Shown in pieces: positions 17,623 through 27,665 of a stretch of DNA of 64,000 bases (the stretch's first letter is position 1; each line of letters starts with the position of its first letter). The DNA lies in NCBI GenBank assembly GCA_037141055.1, contig JBAXDH010000002.1, forward strand, positions 17,057-81,056, written 5' to 3'. The notes under the pieces were generated by a model that saw nothing but the letters and a program-made list of their open reading frames with translations, searched no databases and was not told the DNA's origin. The DNA is from a bacterium. Lineage in GTDB: Bacteria > Bacteroidota > Bacteroidia > Bacteroidales > FEN-979. A program made the translations under genes and the position numbers.

Positions 17623-18874
17623 AAAAAATATATTTCTATTGAATTTTCCTTTCTACATAGCCCGCAGGTACCTGGTTTCCAGGAAATCGCATAATATCAT
17701 CAACATCATTTCCGGCATTTCGGTAATCGGGGTTGCCATCGGGGCCATGGCGCTCATCATCGTGCTTTCAGTTTTCAATGGCTTTGACAAGCTGGTGGTT
17801 TCCCTGTTCAGCTCCTTCAATTCCAGCATCCAGATCACGCCGGCCCATGGAAAAACATTCAACCTGGGCATGTTTCCCGTGGAGAAATTGAAAAGAATCC
17901 CGGGAGTATTGCACCTTACGGATGTTATCGAAGAGGATGCGCTAATGAAATACAAGGACAACCAGGCGATTGTGACCATCAAAGGGGTGGGTGAAGCTTT
18001 TACAAAGATGAGCGGACTGGATACCATGATGGCAGAGGGAAATTTCCTTTTACAGGAGGGGGAAAAAGACTATGCAATTTTAGGGTACGGGGTTGCCGGA
18101 ACGCTTAATGCAAACCTGCAGGATTATCTGAACCCGGTCACCATTTATGTTCCGCGGCGCGACGCTTCCTTTTCCGGCGGATTCGACAATGCCTTTAATT
18201 CCGACATTATTTTCCCGTCAGGCTTTTTTCAGATCCAGTATGAATACGATGTCAGGTATGCAATCCTTCCCCTGCGTTTCGTGAAAAAACTACTAGACTA
18301 CGGCGATGAACGGACATCCGTGGAGATCGACCTTGCAAAAAATACGGACCAGGCTGCCATCCAGAAGGAGATTGAAGCGGTTGCCGGCAGCGGCTTTGTT
18401 GTAAAAAACCGTTACCAGCAGCAGGAGATCCTTTACAAGATCATGGTCTCGGAAAAAAATTACATTTTCATGATCCTCACACTCATCCTGATTATCGCCA
18501 CCTTTAACGTGATCGGAACGTTATCGATGTTGATCCTCGACAAGAAAAAAGACATCGCCGTGCTCCAGAGCATGGGTGCCAGCCAGCGGCTGATCCGGCA
18601 CATTTTCCTCCTCGAAGGAATTTTAATCTCATTGATCGGTGCCATCCTCGGGTTGACGCTGGGTGCAATTGTTTGCTGGCTCCAGATCAGGTTCGGCCTC
18701 GTTCGGCTTGGTTCGGCAGACAGCAGCTTTGTAATCAGCGCCTATCCGGTCAACATGCAATTAGTTGATTTTATCGTTGTTTTCATGACCGTGCTTGCCA
18801 TCGGAATCCTTGCTGCATGGTATCCTGTTTACAACATCAAAAAAGTACACCTGGGAGAAATTAAACTTGACTAA
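17612..18874 (+). CDS. FtsX-like ABC transporter permease (LolC/E family)
   Basis: 420-aa ORF. It has the conserved N-terminus FPFYIARRYL, a large periplasmic loop, and a C-terminal FtsX 3-helix domain. The ORF-track GTG start at 17612 lies inside repeat 17591-17622, so the true start may be TTG 17639. Confidence 0.8.
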   Translation: MSGEKNIFLLNFPFYIARRYLVSRKSHNIINIISGISVIGVAIGAMALIIVLSVFNGFDKLVVSLFSSFNSSIQITPAHGKTFNLGMFPVEKLKRIPGVLHLTDVIEEDALMKYKDNQAIVTIKGVGEAFTKMSGLDTMMAEGNFLLQEGEKDYAILGYGVAGTLNANLQDYLNPVTIYVPRRDASFSGGFDNAFNSDIIFPSGFFQIQYEYDVRYAILPLRFVKKLLDYGDERTSVEIDLAKNTDQAAIQKEIEAVAGSGFVVKNRYQQQEILYKIMVSEKNYIFMILTLILIIATFNVIGTLSMLILDKKKDIAVLQSMGASQRLIRHIFLLEGILISLIGAILGLTLGAIVCWLQIRFGLVRLGSADSSFVISAYPVNMQLVDFIVVFMTVLAIGILAAWYPVYNIKKVHLGEIKLD

Positions 18875-18885
18875 GTATTGAATAT

Positions 18886-21429
18886 ATGTACAGAACTTTC
18901 GCACTCTTCGTATTGTCAGCCCTCACTGCAACCGGGTATTCAGGAAACTGGACCCCCATCGGCAACGCATTGCCCGCCCCTGCCAGGATCAGCCTTGTCA
19001 GTTCATCCGTTGACCGTTCAACCGTGCACTTCTCCCTGCAGGGGTTCAACATGCGCGAAGTGAACACCCCAAACGGCGCCGCTTTCATTGTTGAACTTGA
19101 AAATTCTACGCCGATGCTGGATGCCGGTGCGCCTGATTTGCCAAAGTTAACCGCTTCACTGGCAATTCCCGACCAGGCGGGCATGGGCGTTCGCGTTGCA
19201 GGTTCGAAATACAGGGACTTTCCGGGGATGACGATTGCCCCCTCGAAAGGGGTCATCATGCGGGATATTGATCCCTCCACCGTTCCGTATTCATTCGGAT
19301 CAGCCTATTCCGCTGATCAATTTTACCCGGGAACACTGGCTGCCGGCCGCGAGCCATTCATCATCCGTGATGTGCGCGGGCAAACCCTTGTCGTATACCC
19401 GTTCCAGTACAACCCGGTGACGAAAATCCTGCGTGTGTATTACGATCTTACCGTCGAGTTGTATAAAACCAGTGACACCGGCGAAAATCCCAGGCAACAG
19501 GTCAGCGGGATAAAAAAGACACCCGGTGATATTCAGCAGGTCATTCAGCACCAGTTCCTGAATTCAGATGCCATGAGCTATGCATCGTTGAGCGAATACG
19601 GAAACCTGCTGGTGATCTGTTACGGTCCGTTTATGAATGCAATGCAACCCTACGCCGACTGGAAACGGGCCGAGGGATATCAAACCGAACTGATAAACAG
19701 GGATTCGGCCGGAACCACCTCTGCCCAGATCAGGTCATTCATCGCAAACTATTATTCCACCAAAGGACTTACACACGTGCTCCTGGTGGGCGATGCGCAG
19801 CAGATACCAACCAACACGGGAACCGGGCTTGGAGGGCCATCCGACAATGCATACGGCTATATCTCCGGCAACGACCATTATTCCGATGTATTCATCGGGC
19901 GGTTTTCGGCGGAAAATGAAGCACAGGTTCAAACCCAGGTGCAACGCACCCTTGAGTATGAGCAGAACCCGCAATTTCTTACCGAAGACTGGTTCAGCAC
20001 GGTGATCGGCATTGCTTCCGACCAGGGCCCGGGCGACGACAACGAATATGATTACCAGCATGTCAGGAACCAGCAAACGCAATTGCTGGCGTATAAATAC
20101 ACCATGAACCCCGAGTTGTTCGACGGGTCGCAGGGCGGTAATGATGCTACCGGCAACCCCACGCCGCCCATGGTTGCGGCTGAAGTGAACAGCGGGGCCA
20201 GCCTCATCCTGTACACCGGGCATGGCAGCAACACCTCCTGGGGAACCTCCGGGTTCAGCAACAGCAATGTGAACCAGCTCACCAATGCCGGGAAACTGCC
20301 GTTCGTCTGGTCCGTTGCGTGTGTAAACGGCAATTTTACAACGGGAACCTGTTTCGCGGAGGCGTGGCTCAGGGCATCGCAGGGCGGGCAGCCTACAGGG
20401 GCAATCGCATTTTTAGGTTCAACAATCAATCAAAGCTGGAACTCCCCCATGGCAGGTCAGGATGAAATGACCAGCATCCTGGCAGAGGCAGACTCAAACA
20501 ACATCAAAAGGACATTTGCAGGCCTGTCGATCAACGGCTGCATGAAAATGATCGATTCCTACGGATCCGACGGCGCCGCCATGGCCGACACCTGGACTGT
20601 TTTCGGCGATCCTACCATCATGGTGCGCACTTCAACACCGCAAATCATGACGGTACAATACGACACAACAATTTTTGTTGGCGACACCTCGTTATCAGTT
20701 TTCTGCAATGCTCAGGGTGCCCGGGTGACCGCAACTGTATCCGACAGTATTCTTGCCACAGGACTTGTGATGAATAACACGGTAACCCTCACATTCCCGC
20801 CCTTATCCATGGCTTCTGACACCATTCACCTGGTCGTAACTGCATACAACACGATGCCTTACTTTGGAATCCTGATTGTGCAGGATGCACCCGGACCGGT
20901 TACAGCCGGTTTCACGGGTCAGCCAACACGGGTCATTCCCGGCCATACCGTGGCATTCGCCGATACAACCACCGGGCCCGCCACAACCCGGGAATGGCAT
21001 TTCCCCGGCGGGACGCCCTCCGTCTCCTCGGAAAAAAATCCGGTTATTACCTATTCCGACAAAGGCACCTACGAAGTGACGCTGATTGCAGGCAACGGAA
21101 CAAGCCATGATACTATTACCAAAACGGGTTATATCACCTGCGATTTCCCAACGGGAATCTCCCGCACGGATGAGCCTGTCACGGTTGAAGTATCGCCAAA
21201 CCCGAATCCGGGAAAATTCCTGCTGACCGTTCGGTCGCTGCCCGAGACGAAGGCAGCACTGACGGTATTGAACCTGGTGGGAGCTAAAGTATATGAAGAG
21301 ACGCTGGTTCCTGACGTGAACGGTTTGATTCAGCAAACGATCGTTTTGCCGGAAGTTGCGAAAGGCATTTATTTCCTGCAGCTAAAAGGGAATTCGCTGA
21401 ACCATTCCCGTAAAATCATCATCCGGTAA
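18886..21429 (+). CDS. Peptidase C25 (gingipain-like cysteine protease) with PKD domain and T9SS C-terminal domain
   Basis: 847-aa ORF. LLVGDAQQIPT, catalytic His context YTGHGS..W and Cys context WSVACVNGNF match the C25 family. PKD-like segment (WHFPGGTPS...YEVTLIAGNG). T9SS CTD (VSPNPNPGKFLL...GIYFLQL). Confidence 0.85.
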   Translation: MYRTFALFVLSALTATGYSGNWTPIGNALPAPARISLVSSSVDRSTVHFSLQGFNMREVNTPNGAAFIVELENSTPMLDAGAPDLPKLTASLAIPDQAGMGVRVAGSKYRDFPGMTIAPSKGVIMRDIDPSTVPYSFGSAYSADQFYPGTLAAGREPFIIRDVRGQTLVVYPFQYNPVTKILRVYYDLTVELYKTSDTGENPRQQVSGIKKTPGDIQQVIQHQFLNSDAMSYASLSEYGNLLVICYGPFMNAMQPYADWKRAEGYQTELINRDSAGTTSAQIRSFIANYYSTKGLTHVLLVGDAQQIPTNTGTGLGGPSDNAYGYISGNDHYSDVFIGRFSAENEAQVQTQVQRTLEYEQNPQFLTEDWFSTVIGIASDQGPGDDNEYDYQHVRNQQTQLLAYKYTMNPELFDGSQGGNDATGNPTPPMVAAEVNSGASLILYTGHGSNTSWGTSGFSNSNVNQLTNAGKLPFVWSVACVNGNFTTGTCFAEAWLRASQGGQPTGAIAFLGSTINQSWNSPMAGQDEMTSILAEADSNNIKRTFAGLSINGCMKMIDSYGSDGAAMADTWTVFGDPTIMVRTSTPQIMTVQYDTTIFVGDTSLSVFCNAQGARVTATVSDSILATGLVMNNTVTLTFPPLSMASDTIHLVVTAYNTMPYFGILIVQDAPGPVTAGFTGQPTRVIPGHTVAFADTTTGPATTREWHFPGGTPSVSSEKNPVITYSDKGTYEVTLIAGNGTSHDTITKTGYITCDFPTGISRTDEPVTVEVSPNPNPGKFLLTVRSLPETKAALTVLNLVGAKVYEETLVPDVNGLIQQTIVLPEVAKGIYFLQLKGNSLNHSRKIIIR

Positions 21430-21450
21430 CTGTTTTCCCCTGGCGGGACG

Positions 21451-22191
21451 TCAATGCTGAATGATGAGTTTTCGTGTGGATACAATCTTGCCGCCACATT
21501 CGATGGAATAGAAGTAAATGCCATTCGGGTACGAATCAACATTCCAGGCCAGGTCCCCGGATATGCCCTGCAACGGCAACCTGCAGATTTCCTTTCCGAC
21601 TATATTTTTTACCACGGCAAACGCTGCTTCACCGGTGAGTTTTGAGTAAACAAATTTAAGATTTGAAACTGCGGGATTCGGGCAGGCTCTTAAATCGGCA
21701 CCCTGGCTTACCAGTTCGTCATATCCTGTTACAGTGGCCTTAAACACTATATCAAACCCGATTGAATCGTTACGGTTGGAGCCATTGTAAACAACGAATT
21801 TCACCTTTGATTCGCCGGGTTTCCCTGCAGCATTGTAATGCGCATCGAATCCGTCGAACACATCGCCGGAGTTTATTTTGACCGGGCTTTTGCACACCAT
21901 GACATGCGGGAAATAGCATCCGTCCCAGCAAAACCAGTTTGTCGTGCCGGGCACTATATTGACATAATATTTCCTGACCCAGGAAACACATGGCACCGCT
22001 GAAACATTTTTGACGGTCAGCGGACACTGGTAATCCGTTTCGGATGCTTTCATCGAGCGGCTGAGAACCGCCCCGTTCAGAACCTTCACTGCCGATCCGG
22101 AACTGTTGTCATATACTTCATAGCTTGTCTGGGCAATGGCCTGGCCCAGGATGAGCATCAGCGCGATATAAAAAAAGATCAGCTTTTTCAT
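21451..22191 (-). CDS. Secreted hypothetical protein with T9SS C-terminal domain
   Basis: 246-aa ORF with a signal peptide (ALMLILGQAIAQ), several Cys, and a CTD-like end (CPNPAVSNLKF...GIYFYSI). It lies 2 nt downstream of the Omp28-like gene. Confidence 0.55.
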   Translation of the reverse strand: MKKLIFFYIALMLILGQAIAQTSYEVYDNSSGSAVKVLNGAVLSRSMKASETDYQCPLTVKNVSAVPCVSWVRKYYVNIVPGTTNWFCWDGCYFPHVMVCKSPVKINSGDVFDGFDAHYNAAGKPGESKVKFVVYNGSNRNDSIGFDIVFKATVTGYDELVSQGADLRACPNPAVSNLKFVYSKLTGEAAFAVVKNIVGKEICRLPLQGISGDLAWNVDSYPNGIYFYSIECGGKIVSTRKLIIQH

Positions 22192-22193
22192 GA

Positions 22194-23258
22194 TTACCTG
22201 ATTATCAGTTTGTAAATACTTTTTTCATTCCGTTCTTCCAGTACCAGGGAATAGAGGCCGGGCGGAAGTCCTGTGTTGTTCAACTGAATGTCATGGGAGC
22301 CGGAGCCAAAAACCTGGTCGGCCGGAACTGCAACCACTGCTCCCGATGCATTCACAAGGGAAACACGGATCCTCCCCGCATTTTTAACATTGATCCTCAG
22401 CGTAGCCAGCCCAGCCGAAGGGTTTGGGTAGACGGCCGTGACGGAGGCAACACTGTTTTCGTGCGTATCGATGCCGAGAGGGCGGGTTACCGACTGGCGA
22501 ACTGCCTGCTGAATTTCTGAACGAAAAAGGGAATCTGCCTTTTTATCGACATAGACCACCATGTCGCAATTTTCTGCCGCCCAGTCGGTGGAATCCAGTT
22601 TAAAGGAATACGATTTTGAGATGGTTTGATCTTTTGTCCAGGTTCCGCTGATGAATTCCTCGCCCAGGACCGGCAAAACCAGTTTCCGCAGTACGTTGTA
22701 ATGCGGAATGAATTTATCAGGATAGGGATCACCTCCCGGGCACCCGGGATCATGCTGCTGCGGTCCCATCAGGTTATTCTCGACAACGGCCAGGTTTATC
22801 CTGTAGGTACCGGGCATGTCGGCGACCACCGATGTCAGTTCCACCGACACATCAATCATGCGCGTTACGGCGTTATAGAATTTGGAAACGATCCTGATTT
22901 TGACGGGCGATTGACCGGCCGCGACATAGCGGGCATTTACCGAATCGACCATATCATCCACCGGGATCTCTTTCCCCTGGCGGTTTACGAGCGTTCCGGT
23001 ACTCTGGAAAGCCATTTCAGTGAAAAGTTGCTCAAACTGGGGTAAATAAAACATGGAACTCGGCCCCTGGATTCCCAGAACGACGGTATTCGGGTGCTGG
23101 TTCAGAACAATCCGGTTGATAACCGAATCCATGCAGGCACAATGTGAACAACCGGTTGCAGTGACATCATCGAGCAGGAGGTTCCTGGGATTTTGAGCGA
23201 TCAGTGAATTGAATGATGCCAGCAAGGCAAGGGCCAGTGACAGTAGCAGATTTTTCAT
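22194..23258 (-). CDS. Omp28-related thioredoxin-fold-like protein with T9SS C-terminal domain
   Basis: 354-aa ORF with a signal peptide. The N-terminal block DDVTATGCSHCACMD matches the (E/D)x(F/Y/V)TGxxCxxC pattern of Omp28-related proteins. CTD-like end (VYPNPSAGLATL...GLYSLVL). Confidence 0.6.
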   Translation of the reverse strand: MKNLLLSLALALLASFNSLIAQNPRNLLLDDVTATGCSHCACMDSVINRIVLNQHPNTVVLGIQGPSSMFYLPQFEQLFTEMAFQSTGTLVNRQGKEIPVDDMVDSVNARYVAAGQSPVKIRIVSKFYNAVTRMIDVSVELTSVVADMPGTYRINLAVVENNLMGPQQHDPGCPGGDPYPDKFIPHYNVLRKLVLPVLGEEFISGTWTKDQTISKSYSFKLDSTDWAAENCDMVVYVDKKADSLFRSEIQQAVRQSVTRPLGIDTHENSVASVTAVYPNPSAGLATLRINVKNAGRIRVSLVNASGAVVAVPADQVFGSGSHDIQLNNTGLPPGLYSLVLEERNEKSIYKLIIR

Positions 23259-23284
23259 GGGATGGCAATTAATTACATTACATC

Positions 23285-23292
23285 CAAATGTA
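23285..23292 (-). promoter_or_regulatory. Candidate internal promoter -7 box TACATTTG upstream of the Omp28-like/T9SS gene
   Basis: The reverse complement of 23285-23292 is TACATTTG, 26 nt upstream of ATG 23258. GTTG lies 20 nt further upstream. Confidence 0.4.
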
Positions 23293-23386
23293 AGAAATTA
23301 AAGCGGGGAAGTCAACCCTAAAATGAAAAAATACTACAAATAAAAGTAGAAATACGTATGGGACTGATTAAAGGTTCACTCAGCCT

Positions 23387-23416
23387 GATTTTCGATTGGG
23401 CGATTGACGATTGATA
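23387..23416. repeat. GATTGAC-family tandem array (4 imperfect units)
   Basis: gattttc gattgggc gattgac gattgatac, just downstream of the Omp28 gene stop (23422). The family recurs at 27630-27665. Confidence 0.8.
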
Positions 23417-23421
23417 CTGAA

Positions 23422-24282
23422 TCACGGCTTTATAACCGGCGATTTCATCACATGAAGCACTTCCTGCGTTTTCGAATTGGAGATGAAAGCGATAACACTG
23501 CAGTTGGCAGGAATCCAGGTTTCGGTACTGAAATTTTTGGAATAAGTTTTGGAGATATGATCCTGGGCTTTGGGATTAATTGCGACCTGTTCCCCAAAAC
23601 TTGTGTTCAGCGATCCACGCAAAATGTGCATGAACCGGAAAATTTTAATGATTGGGACGGAATCGGGCTTGATGATATTCAACTGCCCGCCGTAAATATT
23701 GTCCTCAAGGATGCAGACCGTAAGATTTACGGTGCCGGTATATCCGGCCAGGAATTTTATATCAACTTTTGAATTCATCATTTTGGTCGGGGCATCAAAC
23801 GTGTTATGGACCGTCATGACTGCAATTTTGGGCAACGTTGTGGCTACCTGAACAGCCTGGTTCCACTCCGAAGGGCCGAAGGAAATATTTCCCTTGTACG
23901 GCAGCCTGTTCACCATCCCCTTGGGATTTCCGTCGATGTTGAAGGCACTGTTTGCAAGCCAGTCATTTCCTGCAGTGCAGGTATAATCGGCCTCAAGGTA
24001 AGGCGGATACTGAACCGGGTTTGGCCTGGCAAACTGGCCTGCATGCACGGCGATCACAAATGCCTGCCCTGCATAAAGTTCCTGGATGGTGTTGGCGATT
24101 TTTGCGGCAGGGGCGCAGTTTACACACAGGTGGCCGGTATAATCCTCAATCAATACCGATCGTTTGGTGGTGTCAACATACACGGATTTTACAGTGTAAT
24201 ACGGATCACTGATCTTGGTGCACGACTGGAATAAAACAGCACCAAAGAGCAGAAGGATGGTTATCTGGAAAATCGTTTTCAT
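23422..24282 (-). CDS. Omp28-related outer-membrane lipoprotein (CxxC)
   Basis: 286-aa ORF with lipoprotein signal (LLFGAVLFQSC) and block VLIEDYTGHLCVNCAPAAK typical of the Omp28 family. Confidence 0.65.
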   Translation of the reverse strand: MKTIFQITILLLFGAVLFQSCTKISDPYYTVKSVYVDTTKRSVLIEDYTGHLCVNCAPAAKIANTIQELYAGQAFVIAVHAGQFARPNPVQYPPYLEADYTCTAGNDWLANSAFNIDGNPKGMVNRLPYKGNISFGPSEWNQAVQVATTLPKIAVMTVHNTFDAPTKMMNSKVDIKFLAGYTGTVNLTVCILEDNIYGGQLNIIKPDSVPIIKIFRFMHILRGSLNTSFGEQVAINPKAQDHISKTYSKNFSTETWIPANCSVIAFISNSKTQEVLHVMKSPVIKP

Positions 24283-24332
24283 GCTATGTTCAAATTTTCG
24301 TTCAAAATGTAAATATTAAACTGCCCCGGAGA

Positions 24333-26132
24333 TCAGAAACTGCTGGTTACCGTCAGGGTAAGTCCGTTCGTTGCAGGGACATACCTGCAGACCCCGCCCA
24401 CGCAGATGATTCCTTCGCGCTGCCTGCCGTATGAAACCGCGATTCTTGTGGAATGGTAGGTATACCCTCCGCTGAGCGTGTAATAATTCAAACGCTTCCC
24501 TGCATCGCTGTTCCCATAATTGTACTGGTCCATAACCGAGACAAACCATGCCGGTGAAATGGTGAGTTCAACCAGTCCTGCCACCCAGTTTCCCTTGTCC
24601 TGCTTCGTCCACAAACCCTGGACTTCCCATCGCAGCGTATGTTTTTTCGTGATATTCCAGGCGATGTCGGCAATTCCGATCTGCGAATAGATGGTGCCGT
24701 AATCGCCGGGGGCATGCGATTCAACCACATCCTTGTTATACGTCTGGTAGAGATAGGTGAAAATTCCCTTCCACTTCTTATTGAATTTCTTGGTCACCTC
24801 GATGTTGGCATCCTGGTAGTAGACGATATCGCCTGCACCATAGAATGAGGACTTGTATCCCAGGGTTCCGATCTGGCCGACAATGGTCGTGTCATTGACC
24901 TGCGTCCGTTTGAGGCCATTGACCTGTGAAAAGTTTGCCGCAATCGACAAGCCTGTCTTTCCGCCAAGTACCGAATTTTTCGCAAAATGCAGGGTAACTG
25001 TCCCAGAAACTCCTACTTCCCCATCGGGCTGGGTAGAGTAGGGATACATGCTTGCAAGCGCGTAGGAGTGCTCTTTCGTTATTGACGGGAGGTAGTTGAT
25101 GTTCACCATGTTGTTGGTCACAGTCCGGTCGGACTTGTAACTCATGTTATCGATCCATTTCGACATCAGGGAGATCCCCAGCCCTGGTTTTGAAAAGGAG
25201 AGATTGGTGAACAACCCGTCGCCGTTCTTATAGATATAGTTGTTCCTGGCCGACGGATCGTTGATCTTATGGGCATATTCGGTGAACCAGTTGAAGTCGC
25301 CGATGTTTAAATTGAAACGGCCGCCGTAATTCGAAACATTCTCCGGCATTTTCAGTGCCAGGATCTTGCCGTTGTTCGGGATATCCTTGGTGGTTCCCAA
25401 CTGGTAATCGCTTACAAAGGAGGCTCCCAGCGTCAGTTTGACTTTTGCGTCATTCAGTTTGGTAAAAATGTCATTCAGGTAGAAATCGGCATCGAAACCC
25501 TTAACGATTCCCCTGTTGTAATCTTTATATGGTTCCCAGTAGTAACGCTGAACGCCGTACACGCCTTTGAAGGTGATCCCCTTGGCGGGCATTACCTTGA
25601 CCCTGATTCCACGGAGGGAGTTGTCGAATCCGAGGGTCCATTCCTGGTAGGTTCGCAACATCATCCCATAGCCGAACTGCTCATAAAAATTCCCGGCGGT
25701 GATATCGATAAAATCGTTTTTGTAATTCACATACCAGTATGGAATCCCAACCCCGTTGTATTGCGCATCGTAACCGGTAAGCGGCGGAAGATATGCCTCG
25801 AAACGCAGTCCGGCGGTAAAATTACCAAGTGAATAATTAACCTCGGTGAAGGCATTCATTTTGATAAGTTTCCCGGCAAGGGTGGAATCCGTGATCCCGG
25901 TTTTGGGATCGGTCAGGTAGTACGTAGCATCCGCCTGCATGCTGCCATGAACTTCACTGCCCTTCAGAAAATCCTGTGAGCTGGCAACCACAGGAACAAG
26001 AAACAACAAACTGATTGCTCCCAGAAAAAAGTAGATTGGTCTATTCAAGGTGTCGGATTTATAAATTGAACAACTCGCAATTTCATCTCTATTTAACCTC
26101 TTCGCCCCGGTTGAGTTTTCGAACCATCTCAA
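24333..26132 (-). CDS. Large outer-membrane beta-barrel protein (DUF6029-like), unknown function
   Basis: 599-aa ORF, rich in aromatic/Gly beta-strand pattern, ending in LTLTVTSSF. ATG 26132 overlaps tlpA by 44 nt. A TTG at 26048 directly precedes a good signal peptide (NRPIYFFLGAISLLFLVPVVASSQ) and is the more likely start. Confidence 0.55.
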   Translation of the reverse strand: MRWFENSTGAKRLNRDEIASCSIYKSDTLNRPIYFFLGAISLLFLVPVVASSQDFLKGSEVHGSMQADATYYLTDPKTGITDSTLAGKLIKMNAFTEVNYSLGNFTAGLRFEAYLPPLTGYDAQYNGVGIPYWYVNYKNDFIDITAGNFYEQFGYGMMLRTYQEWTLGFDNSLRGIRVKVMPAKGITFKGVYGVQRYYWEPYKDYNRGIVKGFDADFYLNDIFTKLNDAKVKLTLGASFVSDYQLGTTKDIPNNGKILALKMPENVSNYGGRFNLNIGDFNWFTEYAHKINDPSARNNYIYKNGDGLFTNLSFSKPGLGISLMSKWIDNMSYKSDRTVTNNMVNINYLPSITKEHSYALASMYPYSTQPDGEVGVSGTVTLHFAKNSVLGGKTGLSIAANFSQVNGLKRTQVNDTTIVGQIGTLGYKSSFYGAGDIVYYQDANIEVTKKFNKKWKGIFTYLYQTYNKDVVESHAPGDYGTIYSQIGIADIAWNITKKHTLRWEVQGLWTKQDKGNWVAGLVELTISPAWFVSVMDQYNYGNSDAGKRLNYYTLSGGYTYHSTRIAVSYGRQREGIICVGGVCRYVPATNGLTLTVTSSF

Positions 26133-26613
26133 TCAGGCCAAGTTCATCCCCTTCCGAAAATGAAGTATGCTGAAAAACAACTTCTCCCTTGCCGTTCAGC
26201 AAAAAAGTGTGCGGTATGGGGCCAACGTTCATTGCGCGTTTAAAATCGCTGTTGGGGTCGAGCAAAACCGAAAAGTCCCAGCCTTTGCCATTTACCATCG
26301 GGGCAACCAGCGTCATCGAACGGGAATCATCCACGGAAATGGCATAGAGTTTTACCCCGGTTTCCTTTACCCAGTCATCATACACATCGGAAATGGTTGT
26401 GAGTTCACGCACGCACGGCTTGCACCACGTTGCCCAGAAACTGATGATGATCGGTTTGCCGCTGTTGGTAATGCTGTCGGAAGTAAAGGGCAGACCCTTA
26501 ACCGTTTTGAGTTTGACGGAAGGAAGTTTGTTGTAGGTGAAAACCCCCTCCTGTGCAACGGCGCAGGAAGAGATGAAAACAAAGAGCAGCAGGATTCTGA
26601 AACTTTTCATCAT
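26089..26613 (-). CDS. TlpA-family thiol:disulfide oxidoreductase (thioredoxin fold)
   Basis: 174-aa ORF with a signal peptide and active site FWATWCKPC. Confidence 0.85.
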   Translation of the reverse strand: MMKSFRILLLFVFISSCAVAQEGVFTYNKLPSVKLKTVKGLPFTSDSITNSGKPIIISFWATWCKPCVRELTTISDVYDDWVKETGVKLYAISVDDSRSMTLVAPMVNGKGWDFSVLLDPNSDFKRAMNVGPIPHTFLLNGKGEVVFQHTSFSEGDELGLIEMVRKLNRGEEVK

Positions 26614-26645
26614 GTATTGTTTTTGGTTTCACAAAGGTAAAAAAA

Positions 26646-27620
26646 TTACGGGATATAGACCTCCAGAATCTTAACAACCGGACCGGGAACCAGGGTAATA
26701 TCTTCTATGGTGGCAGGGAGGAGGATCACCTCCCCGGCTTTCAGGGATAGGCTTTCATCGCCGGTTTTGATGACCGCCTGACCTTCAGTGCAAAGATAAA
26801 TGACAAAAGAGTCAAGTGAACTGTAGTCCTTGCCCGTTTCCTTGTTGAGGTCCATCAGGTTTGTCCTGAAAAAGGGGCAATCGACGATGGTGGCAGGTTT
26901 ATTCGGGACGCTCCGGTAATTGGTCCGGTAACTTTCCACAGGGCTGAAATCGATGGCCTCGAGGGCGAGATCCGTGTGGAGGTCGCGCGGCCTTCCCTCA
27001 CCATCCACCCGGTCCCAGTCGTAGATCCGGTAGGTGGTATCGGAGGTTTGCTGGATTTCGGCAAGCAGGATTCCGGGCCCCAGCGCATGCACCCTTCCGG
27101 CCGGGATGAAAAAAGCATCGCCCTTGTTCACCTTCTCATTGTTGAGAACCTCCTTCAATTTTTTTTGCTGCAGGGATTCCAGGTAGGTTGCAGCACTCAT
27201 TTTCCGGTTAAACCCTGTGATCAGCTCTGCACCGGGTGCCGCATCGAGGATATACCACATCTCTGTTTTACCATGGCCGATGTCGCGCCTGGCAGCAAGC
27301 GCATCATCCGGGTGTACCTGGATGGAAAGCCAGTCGCTGGCATCAATTAGTTTGACAAGAAGCGGAAATTCATTTTCATACTTTTCGTACACCTTCTCCC
27401 CCACCAGTTCGTCCATGTAAATTTCCAGGATCTCATTCAGTTCGTTCCCGGCTAAAAAACCGTTGGCTATAACAGTTTGGCAATCAGAAACCCCGGACAG
27501 TACCCATGCCTCTCCGCAATTCGCCAACGGGGCAAAATCGAGGCCCAGGCTGGTTTTGATCTTTTGACCTCCCCAGATTTTATCCTTGAATACGGGTTTG
27601 AACTTTAACGGATATAACAT
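26646..27620 (-). CDS. manA: Type I mannose-6-phosphate isomerase
   Basis: 324-aa ORF. N-terminal KPVFKDKIWGG, metal-binding block LSIQVHPDD and cupin C-terminal half match the short bacterial PMI family. Confidence 0.85.
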   Translation of the reverse strand: MLYPLKFKPVFKDKIWGGQKIKTSLGLDFAPLANCGEAWVLSGVSDCQTVIANGFLAGNELNEILEIYMDELVGEKVYEKYENEFPLLVKLIDASDWLSIQVHPDDALAARRDIGHGKTEMWYILDAAPGAELITGFNRKMSAATYLESLQQKKLKEVLNNEKVNKGDAFFIPAGRVHALGPGILLAEIQQTSDTTYRIYDWDRVDGEGRPRDLHTDLALEAIDFSPVESYRTNYRSVPNKPATIVDCPFFRTNLMDLNKETGKDYSSLDSFVIYLCTEGQAVIKTGDESLSLKAGEVILLPATIEDITLVPGPVVKILEVYIP

Positions 27621-27629
27621 GAATAAAGG

Positions 27630-27665
27630 GATTGACGATTGGACGATTGACGGTTGACGATTTTC
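27630..27665. repeat. GATTGAC-family tandem array (5 units)
   Basis: gattgac gattggac gattgac ggttgac gattttc in the divergent manA/LOG spacer. Confidence 0.9.
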
